This document shows, in pieces, positions 56,731-64,000 of a stretch of 64,000 nt of DNA; within the stretch, counting starts at the first letter, position 1; each line of letters starts with the position of its first letter. A program made the translations under genes and the position numbers. Source of the stretch: an uncultured Gammaproteobacteria bacterium. Its GTDB lineage: Bacteria > Pseudomonadota > Gammaproteobacteria > Steroidobacterales > Steroidobacteraceae. The notes under the pieces are model-generated. The model saw only the letters and a program-made list of their open reading frames with translations, searched no databases and was not told where the DNA came from. The stretch is from the NCBI GenBank assembly GCA_963799885.1, contig CAWCYX010000010.1, positions 110,520 through 174,519 on the forward strand. Direction: 5' to 3'.

Positions 56731-56790
56731 CTGAATCCTAACTCCGAGGCCTGAATCCTAACTCCGAGGCCTGAATCCTAACTCCGAGGC
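56731..56790. repeat. Perfect 20-bp x3 tandem repeat (CTGAATCCTAACTCCGAGGC), with a degenerate half copy at 56711-56730
   Basis: Read directly. It lies between the tetR stop and a convergent small ORF, whose last codons and stop (CTPRS*) lie inside the last unit. Confidence 0.9.
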
Positions 56791-56957
56791 GTGCAGGGCG
56801 GAGCGGTTCCATCGCGGCACAGATCGGGACCTTGATCCCGTTTCACCGCGCCCGGATCATCCTCGTGGGAAACGGCGCTGCCCGCTACGCACCCCGACAT
56901 GATGCAGGCCCAAGTCAACACCGCGGCAATTCCCGTCACGGCAGTAATTCCCTTCAT
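56778..56957 (-). CDS. Small Cys-containing putative lipoprotein (59 aa)
   Basis: C-terminal part of ORF 56778-57317. ATG 56957 has AAAGGA about 9 nt upstream. MKGITAVTGIAAVLTWACIMSGC (lipobox) is followed by VAGSAVSHEDDPGAVKRDQGPDLCRDGTAPPCTPRS. Confidence 0.4.
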   Translation of the reverse strand: MKGITAVTGIAAVLTWACIMSGCVAGSAVSHEDDPGAVKRDQGPDLCRDGTAPPCTPRS

Positions 56958-57203
56958 GATCGAATTCCTTTCATGACCGCTCCTTTTACGGGCGGTTCGA
57001 GTCACCGAGCATCGCTTCTGATGAGCGAGTCTAGTTATCTCCCGGCCAAAAGAAATCCGGCCGCGAACGCGTTGCGGCGTCCACTGCCGTCCTACACGAG
57101 GAGCCGGCACAAGCGGCGCGGACCTCCAACCCCTTTTCATACAGTAGTGCCGGAACCCGAACACTGGATTTACGGTCACGCCGACAGCGCGTACAGTTTG
57201 GCC

Positions 57204-58289
57204 ATGAGTCGCAGTTTCTTCGGTCACCAAGCCTTCAAAGGTCGAGGCGCTTTGTCCAACCCGGCGGGTCGATTCGACACACTGACTGTCGAACAGTCCG
57301 ATGACGGCTGGTATCAAGAGGAGGCCCCGGGAAGCCTGCAGGAAACCGTCCTGCCGGATGCCGCGCGCGGCATCATCACCAGCAATGACTCACCGGATGT
57401 CGGGTTCGATGTTTCCATCAATCCGTATCGCGGCTGCAGCCACGCCTGTGTCTATTGCTTCGCCCGGCCCACCCACGCGTATCTGGGCCTGTCGGCGGGA
57501 CTGGACTTCGAAACCAAGCTTTTCTACAAGGCCGACGCCGTCAAACTGCTCGAAGCGGAGCTCTCCAAACCACGATACGTGTGCAAGCCGATTGCTCTCG
57601 GCATCAACACCGATGGCTATCAGCCGTTGGAGCGGCGTCTCGGCGTCACTCGCAGCATTCTCGAAGTGCTGGCCCGCTGCCGGCACCCGGTGTCGCTCAT
57701 CACGAAGAGCACGCTGATCCTGCGCGATCTCGATCTGCTGACGGAGCTGGCACGCGACCGGCTGGTTTCCGTCACGTTGAGCATCACGTCGCTGTCCGAT
57801 GAAATCAAACGCACTCTCGAGCCGCGCACCGCCTCGCCGCAGGCCCGTCTGCGCGTGATCGAGGCGCTGGCGCAGGCAGGCGTGCCCGTCGGGGTCCTGG
57901 TCGCGCCGGTGATTCCCGCCATTACGGATCATGAATTGGAGGCCATTCTGCGTGCCGCCCGCGAAGCGGGGGCGAGTTGCGCGAGCTACGTCCTCCTGCG
58001 GCTGCCGCACGAAGTGAAGCTTCTGTTTCGCGAATGGCTGCTGGAGCACTATCCCGAAAGGGCCAAACATGTCATGTCGCTCATCAACCAGGCGCGCGGC
58101 GGAAAGGACTACGACTCGCAATTCGGCGTTCGCATGCGAGGCACCGGTCCCTATGCCGAATTATTGCGCGCCCGCTTCGAGGTGGCCGCGAGAAAACTCG
58201 GGTTCGCGGCAGCGGGCAACCGGCATGATCTGAGAACGGACTTGTTTCGCGCGCCGTCGGCCATTTCGCAACTAACCCTGGGGTTCTAG
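57204..58289 (+). CDS. Radical SAM protein (resembles what NCBI calls the PA0069 family)
   Basis: ATG 57204 within ORF 56832-58289. MSRSFFGHQAFKGRGALSNPAGRFD..., the CxxxCxxC cluster YRGCSHACVYCFARP, then a TIM-barrel-like repeat pattern. Confidence 0.85.
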   Translation: MSRSFFGHQAFKGRGALSNPAGRFDTLTVEQSDDGWYQEEAPGSLQETVLPDAARGIITSNDSPDVGFDVSINPYRGCSHACVYCFARPTHAYLGLSAGLDFETKLFYKADAVKLLEAELSKPRYVCKPIALGINTDGYQPLERRLGVTRSILEVLARCRHPVSLITKSTLILRDLDLLTELARDRLVSVTLSITSLSDEIKRTLEPRTASPQARLRVIEALAQAGVPVGVLVAPVIPAITDHELEAILRAAREAGASCASYVLLRLPHEVKLLFREWLLEHYPERAKHVMSLINQARGGKDYDSQFGVRMRGTGPYAELLRARFEVAARKLGFAAAGNRHDLRTDLFRAPSAISQLTLGF

Positions 58290-58984
58290 TCGAGACCATC
58301 GCGCGATACGATCCGCGGCGGCTGACGAACGAACTCGCCCGCGATCAAACCGAATTGCTGCGCGATCAAAATAAGCTGCAATGCGCTGCCGGCTCCCAAT
58401 TTTTGCTTGATGGAGGACTGATGGTTGGCGGCGGTCTTGGGACTCAAGCCGAGCCGCGCCGCGATGGCGTCGACTCCATAACCCTGCGCCAGAAGCCGCA
58501 GCACCTCCAATTCGCGCATCGACAACGCATTCGCCAGCTGCCGCGCGGTCGCCGATTGCGTCGTCATGGCCAACTGCACATCGGGGCTCATAAATCGGCT
58601 GCCGGCGGCGACGGTGCGAACCGCGCTCACCAGCAGATCCGGCGCGCTGGCCTTGCTCAAATATCCGCACGCACCGGCGTTCATGGCATGAGTGGCGTAG
58701 ATGCCGTCGTGGTACATGCTGAACATCAGCACTCGCGCGCCCGGCCTGCGTGCAATGAGGCGCCGGAGAACCTCGATGCCGCTGACACCGGGTAAGGCAA
58801 TGTCGAGGACGATGACGTCCGGCTGCAATTGCGCATCCAGCGTCAATGCTCCGGCCATCGCGGCCGCCTCGCCGACCACCGTCAAGCCTTCATCGCGTTC
58901 GAGGAGGCGCCGATAACCCTCCCTCACGACCGCATGATCGTCCACCAACAGCACGCGGATTCTGGCGGTGACGGCGCCGTTCAT
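58286..58984 (-). CDS. NarL/FixJ-family response regulator
   Basis: IRVLLVDDHAVVREGY...DVIVLDIALPGVSG...VLMFSMYHD...GYLSK, with HTH LSMRELEVLRLLAQGYGVDAIAARLGLSPKTAANHQSSIKQKLG. Confidence 0.9.
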   Translation of the reverse strand: MNGAVTARIRVLLVDDHAVVREGYRRLLERDEGLTVVGEAAAMAGALTLDAQLQPDVIVLDIALPGVSGIEVLRRLIARRPGARVLMFSMYHDGIYATHAMNAGACGYLSKASAPDLLVSAVRTVAAGSRFMSPDVQLAMTTQSATARQLANALSMRELEVLRLLAQGYGVDAIAARLGLSPKTAANHQSSIKQKLGAGSALQLILIAQQFGLIAGEFVRQPPRIVSRDGLD

Positions 58985-59973
58985 GCCGGCCGGTCCGTGG
59001 CGAGCCGGGTGTGCACCGGCATGGATGCCGCCAACCGAAACCCTGCGCCACGGGCGCTGGCAAGCTCGAGGGAGCCCCCGAACGCGGCCACTCGCTCGCG
59101 CATCCCGACGAGACCCAACCCGGCATGCGGCGCCTCCATGTCGGTGCCTTTACCGTTGTCGACGATCGACACTTCGATGAATTCCTCTGCCTCCGGCCGC
59201 CGAACGCGCGCGACGCGAATCTCGACGCGGGTGGCGCCGGAGTGTCGCGCAACGTTGGTCAGTGCCTCCTGGACCAGACGGAACAAGGCGAGCGCGCGAA
59301 TCTCGTTCGGATCGTCAAAGCCGCTGTCGATCGACAATTCGATGACCGCCTCGGGCAGCCGCGCCCGCCAATCGTTGACGCAATTCTCGAGCGCGGCGGC
59401 AATGCCGAGTTCATCGAAGCCGACCGGTCGTAATTGGCGAATGAGGCTCGATACGACGCCGTAAACCCGATCCACGTTCTCGATCACGGCGCGCGCCGCA
59501 TTGCCCGTGAAGGATGCGGCCCCCTCAATCCCGGAGGACGCCGCATCGCGTATCGAGACGGCGTCGAGCTTGATGACATTCAGATATTGACCCAATTCGT
59601 CATGCAGGTCACGAGCGAGCGCTTTGCGCTCGTATTCCTGCATGTCGACATATTGCTGCGCCAATCGCTGATTCTCCGCGAGGGCCTCGGCCAGCCGCGC
59701 GTCGGTCGCGCGGCGCATAACCAACTGGTCGCGCGCCTCGACATAGCGGCGCGCAGAGAACCAAGCCAGGCAACAGGCGACGACCAGCAACCAGGCCGGC
59801 AATTCATCCAACTGCCAGCGCTCGTGCAATCGCGTCCACGCGAGCAACGCCTCGCTCAGATCTAATCTGATGCAAATGATCGCCGCCGCAATGGAAATTA
59901 CGGCAATCAGGACAGCATCACGCCGCGCAGCCATTTTGCGGCCGGTCTGCTCCAGGATTTCGCGATCGGCCAA
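58981..59973 (-). CDS. HisKA_3 sensor kinase, partner of the 58286-58984 regulator
   Basis: 4-nt overlap with the regulator. Two N-terminal TM segments, the H-box ARDLHDELGQYLNV, the N-box QEALTNVARHS and the G-boxes VDNGKG / HAGLGLVGMRER. Confidence 0.85.
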   Translation of the reverse strand: MADREILEQTGRKMAARRDAVLIAVISIAAAIICIRLDLSEALLAWTRLHERWQLDELPAWLLVVACCLAWFSARRYVEARDQLVMRRATDARLAEALAENQRLAQQYVDMQEYERKALARDLHDELGQYLNVIKLDAVSIRDAASSGIEGAASFTGNAARAVIENVDRVYGVVSSLIRQLRPVGFDELGIAAALENCVNDWRARLPEAVIELSIDSGFDDPNEIRALALFRLVQEALTNVARHSGATRVEIRVARVRRPEAEEFIEVSIVDNGKGTDMEAPHAGLGLVGMRERVAAFGGSLELASARGAGFRLAASMPVHTRLATDRPA

Positions 59974-60160
59974 TCGCTGCCCTCCACCTCAAACGGGAAT
60001 TTTTCCTATTCGCATCGCGGCACCGTTGGGGGGCCGCACCAGTCTCAGGTTTAACCCCACAGCATACTGAGGTGGTCGGGCCAACGCCATCAGCCACTGA
60101 GGGGTTGAATTCGGCTACTCCTATCAGCCGAGTCTTACGCCGCTCCGGGCGCCCGGCGGC

Positions 60161-61036
60161 TTGTTCCCCGCCTGCAAACGCCTAATATCTCGGGGTGTAC
60201 CATGCCACCCTTCCGACCGGACAGAAAGCGTGAATGCCAAGCCCACTAGCGCCATCAATCTCTTCGGCGGAGCCCCGGTGATGGGTGCGGATGACCATGG
60301 TGCAGAGCGCGGCCCGGCCGCGGGCGATGATGCCCCTGGCTGTGGAGCCCCCGGCCCATCAGCGGCCTCCGCTTCCAGTTTGATCGAGCACATTCAAGGA
60401 GTCATGGAGCATCAAAAGGCGCTGCTGGCGCGAGACCTCCATGATGAGTTGGGTGGACTGTTGGTAGGAGCCGTGATGGACCTTGCGTGGGCCGAACAAC
60501 ACTTGTCGGCGCCGCCCGCGGAATTGAAGCAGAAATTGGTGCGTGCGCGCCAAACCCTGGCGGCGGCGATCGATATGAAGCGCAAGCTGATCGAAGAGTT
60601 GCGGCCCACCCTGCTCGACAACGTGGGGCTGTTCGCCGCGCTGCGCTGGCACGTGGAGGCAGCCTGCAAGCGCACGGGAATCCCATGCATCATCCATGTA
60701 CCGGAGGACGAGCGCCGTTTCCTGCCCAATGTTCCGATTGTGCTGTTTCGCATCGTTCAGGAGGCGCTGGCCGTCATCGTGGCACGAAAACCGGTCGCTT
60801 CCGCCGAATTTGCCGTGACGGTCGACCGGCGGGCCATTGCCATCGTGATTCGGAGTGAGGCTGGGGGTGAGCCGTCCGAGCAGGAAGGCGGCATCAATGC
60901 CGATGCTCACTACCTTGCCGCCATACAACAGCGGGTGGCTTCGTTGAAAGGCGAGTTCCACGAGGACTACATTCCCGCAGTGGGGACGCGTATCGCCGTT
61001 CGCTTCCCCCTCGAACATGCCATCCTGCCCGGCTAG
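60161..61036 (+). CDS. Soluble HisKA_3-like protein with degenerate ATPase boxes (pseudo-kinase?)
   Basis: The H-box ARDLHDELGGLLVG is intact. The N-box position reads QEALAVIVARKP (no Asn). G1 reads IRSEAGGEP and G2 reads AHYLAAIQQRV (no Gly pair). There is no TM segment and the N-terminus is low-complexity. The start is uncertain (GTG 60230 possible). Confidence 0.55.
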   Translation: MFPACKRLISRGVPCHPSDRTESVNAKPTSAINLFGGAPVMGADDHGAERGPAAGDDAPGCGAPGPSAASASSLIEHIQGVMEHQKALLARDLHDELGGLLVGAVMDLAWAEQHLSAPPAELKQKLVRARQTLAAAIDMKRKLIEELRPTLLDNVGLFAALRWHVEAACKRTGIPCIIHVPEDERRFLPNVPIVLFRIVQEALAVIVARKPVASAEFAVTVDRRAIAIVIRSEAGGEPSEQEGGINADAHYLAAIQQRVASLKGEFHEDYIPAVGTRIAVRFPLEHAILPG

Positions 61037-61397
61037 CGGAACCTTACTCGGCCCAATGATGATTCCGGCCGGCAGCAGTAATGCGGTCCGGCGCCCACCG
61101 CGCCGGACCGCACCCGGTCTCAAGCAGACCGTCTCCACACTAAAGGCGTCGACAAAGCACTTCCGAGACGCGAAGCTTCTTTGTGAACTTGGCTAGGATA
61201 AACCGTCGCTCGGTTGCCGCAACGCCGCTATACGCCGACGTCGTGAGAGAAGTAGCCTACGTGATTTTTCCGGAGCCCGGCGTAGGCCGATTCCCACGCA
61301 CAGTAGAGCGTCGTCAATGTGGCGTTGGTTGCGTCGCGGAAGTACTTTGCCACGGGGTACTCGAGGACTCGCTGACTTACGTTGCAAGGGGGATTTC

Positions 61398-61562
61398 ATG
61401 CTTCATTACGCCGTCGTCTTTCTCATCATTGCTCTCATCGCCGCCGTGTTCGGTTTTGGGGGAATCGCGGTGGGCGCTGCCGGGATCGCCAAAATCCTGT
61501 TCGTGATCTTCTTGATCGGTGCCGTCGTCTCATTCCTGATGCACGGCCGCAGCCGCGTCTGA
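61398..61562 (+). CDS. DUF1328/UPF0391 small membrane protein
   Basis: ATG 61398 has AGGGGGA upstream. [54 protein letters not shown] is the typical YtjA-like sequence. Confidence 0.7.
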   Translation: MLHYAVVFLIIALIAAVFGFGGIAVGAAGIAKILFVIFLIGAVVSFLMHGRSRV

Positions 61563-61612
61563 AGCCGGGCGCGGTGCAAGTGCGCACGTGCCGCGCACTC
61601 CAATGGGCAGAC

Positions 61613-64000
61613 TCAAATGCGCAGGTAAGGAAACTCGAGCGCGGGCCGGGGCTCGGCGATGTAAAACCCCTGAGCGAATCCTATTCCGAGTCGACTGAGT
61701 TCCTGAAGCACTTCGATCGATTCGACTCGCTCGGCAATGGTGTGAATGCCCATGGCCTTGCCGACCTGTCCGATCGCCTCCACCATGCTGCGATCCACGG
61801 GATCGCGGGTCACGTTCTCTATGAACCGGCCGTCGATCTTCAAGTAATCCACCGGCAACGTTTTTAGGTACATGAACGACGAAAGACCGCTTCCGAAATC
61901 GTCGAGGGCGAAGTGGCAGCCGCGCGTTTTGAGTTCTCGCATGAAATAGACCACGTTGGCGAGATTCGCGATGGCGGCCGTCTCGGTGATCTCGAAGCAC
62001 ATGGCGCCCGCCGGAAGGTCCCGTGCGCTCAATTCCCCGATCAAATATTCCAGAAAACGCTCGTCGTTGAGGGAAGTGCCCGACAGATTGACCGCAACCG
62101 TGTACGGTTTGACGCCGGTGCCGCTGCGATGCACCAGCCGATCCAGCGCCTGGCGCACCACCCACCGGTCGATCGACGGCATCACGTTGTAGCGCTCGGC
62201 AGCCGGTATGAACTCGGCCGGCGCGATCAGAGAACCCGACTCGTCGCGCAGACGCAGTAACAGTTCGAATTGCTCCTTCTCGTAGCGATTGGCTCCGATG
62301 GGAACGATGGGCTGGTAAAACAGCGCGAAGCGGCCTTCGTCGCAGGCGCGCGTGAGTTTGGACACCCAATGCATTTCGCGATGCCGCTCCGGCATGTTGT
62401 CGGGCTTGTACAACCGCACGCGATTGCGGCCCTGATCCTTCGCGGAGTAGCAGGCTACATCGGCGGCGCTCATCACCCCGGCGACGGTCGGTGTCTCACT
62501 GGTGATTTCGACGATGCCGATGCTGACGCCGACCGCCGATACGCCGTCTTGCCAGACGAACCGGTAATCGCGGATGGCCTGCCGCAGTCCTTCGGCCACG
62601 CGCAGCGCGTGGCCCAGCGAGCAATCCTGCAGCAGGATGCCGAACTCGTCCCCGCCCAGGCGTGCCAGCGTATCGCCGACGCGCACTCGCGACTGCAGCA
62701 CTCCCGTAATTTGCTTCAGGAGTTGATCCCCTGCCGGGTGGCCGCAGGTATCGTTGATCAACTTGAATTGATCGAGGTCGAGATACAGCAACGCGTGCCG
62801 GCAACCGGCATCGGCGCGGACGCTGTCGACCGCTGCGGTGAGCCGATTGTCGAACTCGCGGCGATTGATGAGTCCGGTGAGCGCATCGTGGCTCGCTTGG
62901 TAATGCAGCGCCCGGTGGAGGCGCCGTTCCTTGCTGATGTCGTGGAACACCATGACGGCGCCGAGCATGTTGCCTGCGCGGTCGCGGATGGGAGCGGCCG
63001 AGTCCTGGATGGTGAGTTCCTGCCCGCGGCGATTGATGAGTACGGTGTGTTCCGCCAGGCTGAGCGGCTGTCCCTCGCGAAGACAGCGCATGACCGGACT
63101 CTCGGTCGGCTTTTGCGTCGCTTCGTCGACCACGGTCAAGATGTCGCCGATGCGCTGCGATTGCGCCTCCCTGCTCTCCCAGCCGGTGAGGCTCTCCGCC
63201 ACCGGATTCATGTAATCGATGCGTCCTTCGGAATCGGTCGTGATGACCGCGTCGCCGATCGACTGGAGCGTGACCTGCGCGCGCTCCTTCGCCTGGAAGA
63301 CCTCGGTTTCGGCTTTCTTGCGTTCGGTGATGTCGGCGATGGTGCCCTCGAATCCGCTGATGCGTCCTTCCTTGTCGCGCACCACGCGCCCATTGTCGAC
63401 GACCACCAGCATGGAGCCGTCTTTGCGGCGCAAAACGTACTCGACATTGCGTACTTCGCCTTCGCTGTCGAGCCGGCCGACGTAACTGTCGCGATCGGCG
63501 GGATACCAATACAACGAGGCCGCAGGCACCCGGTAGATTTCCTCGGCCGAGCTGTACCCCAGCATCTGAACAAAGGCCGGATTCACCACCAAGAAGCGTC
63601 CATCACGCGTCGTTCGGTAAACGCCCTCCATGACGCTCTCGAACAGCCCGCGAAACTTCGCCTCGCTGTCGCGCAGAGCGTCCTCGGCACTGCGCCGTTC
63701 GATCGCGATGCCGGCGATCTGAGACATACGCGACATCAACTCATGATCGCGGGCCGGCGGCACTCCCGATTGGCGTTGATACACCGAAAACGTTCCGACG
63801 ATGGCCCCGTCCGAGGCGATGATGGGCGCCGACCACGCGGCGCTCAATCCCGCGTGCCTGGCGGCTTCGCGGCGAAACTCCCAGAGAGCGTCGGTTTCGA
63901 TGTGGGCCACGGTGACCTGACGGGATAGATACACGGCGGCCGCGCACGAGCCGAAGCGGATGCCGACAGGCGCATGATCCATGGCCGCGACGAACTCTCG
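61613..64000 (-). CDS. GAF(partial)-PAS-PAS-GGDEF-EAL signalling protein, N-terminus outside the window
   Basis: ORF 61613-63982, and the frame stays open to position 64000. PAS modules (FRGLFESVMEGVYRTT..., ITTDSEGRIDYMNPVAESLTGW), RLGGDEFGILL (GGDEF), and an EAL domain (FALFYQPIV...ELLLRL...FALDDFGSGLSS...LKIDGRF). Confidence 0.9.
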   Translation of the reverse strand, partial: REFVAAMDHAPVGIRFGSCAAAVYLSRQVTVAHIETDALWEFRREAARHAGLSAAWSAPIIASDGAIVGTFSVYQRQSGVPPARDHELMSRMSQIAGIAIERRSAEDALRDSEAKFRGLFESVMEGVYRTTRDGRFLVVNPAFVQMLGYSSAEEIYRVPAASLYWYPADRDSYVGRLDSEGEVRNVEYVLRRKDGSMLVVVDNGRVVRDKEGRISGFEGTIADITERKKAETEVFQAKERAQVTLQSIGDAVITTDSEGRIDYMNPVAESLTGWESREAQSQRIGDILTVVDEATQKPTESPVMRCLREGQPLSLAEHTVLINRRGQELTIQDSAAPIRDRAGNMLGAVMVFHDISKERRLHRALHYQASHDALTGLINRREFDNRLTAAVDSVRADAGCRHALLYLDLDQFKLINDTCGHPAGDQLLKQITGVLQSRVRVGDTLARLGGDEFGILLQDCSLGHALRVAEGLRQAIRDYRFVWQDGVSAVGVSIGIVEITSETPTVAGVMSAADVACYSAKDQGRNRVRLYKPDNMPERHREMHWVSKLTRACDEGRFALFYQPIVPIGANRYEKEQFELLLRLRDESGSLIAPAEFIPAAERYNVMPSIDRWVVRQALDRLVHRSGTGVKPYTVAVNLSGTSLNDERFLEYLIGELSARDLPAGAMCFEITETAAIANLANVVYFMRELKTRGCHFALDDFGSGLSSFMYLKTLPVDYLKIDGRFIENVTRDPVDRSMVEAIGQVGKAMGIHTIAERVESIEVLQELSRLGIGFAQGFYIAEPRPALEFPYLRI

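Overview
High-GC proteobacterial chromosome segment. The order dapD-glnD-map / rpsB-tsf-pyrH-frr-uppS-cdsA-dxr-rseP-bamA-skp is the arrangement I know from Betaproteobacteria (Burkholderiales-like). I see no rRNA, tRNA, CRISPR array, transposase or integrase.

Contents, left to right:
- 1-15 kb: housekeeping and envelope-biogenesis cluster.
- 15-29 kb: envelope/accessory block. It holds a porin, a BON lipoprotein, an RND efflux operon (permease-adaptor-OM factor), an orphan NarL-type regulator, an RpoE-like ECF sigma, a CusRS/CopRS-like two-component system, and secreted Gly-rich proteins.
- 30-46 kb: Pho region. pstSCA plus two pstB copies is separated from phoB-phoR-phoU by about 8 kb. That spacer carries an exported acetamidase, a DUF3311+SSS transporter, an orphan sensor kinase, dapE and dsbB.
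- 46-64 kb: tsaB, a DinG/YoaA helicase, GTP-PEPCK, a cyclase-FHA fusion, dusA, a LuxC/LuxE-like acyl-reductase pair with a TetR regulator, a radical-SAM gene, a NarL/HisKA_3 pair, a degenerate kinase-like gene, DUF1328 and a PAS-GGDEF-EAL protein.

Main hunt results:
1. A three-copy family of secreted Gly/Tyr(/His)-rich proteins with a conserved Cys-containing C-terminal module. I cannot place it in a characterised family. Both intact copies are preceded by the same sigmaE-type motif, GGAACT-N17-TC(T/A)AA.
2. Three perfect AGTGAC-N4-GTCACT palindromes bracket the orphan NarL-type regulator and sit upstream of the RND operon.
3. A roughly 47-bp imperfect inverted repeat with a perfect 15-bp core flanks exactly the CusRS-like operon. 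It shares a TTCTAATG motif with other sites in the same 4-kb island.
4. Two roughly 50-bp direct repeats each lie about 150 bp upstream of a small exported-peptide ORF.
5. A luxCE-like pair is present without luciferase genes.
6. Single-base frame disruptions cluster in essential genes, most likely sequence errors.

All calls come from reading the translations and DNA by eye. No database search was run.
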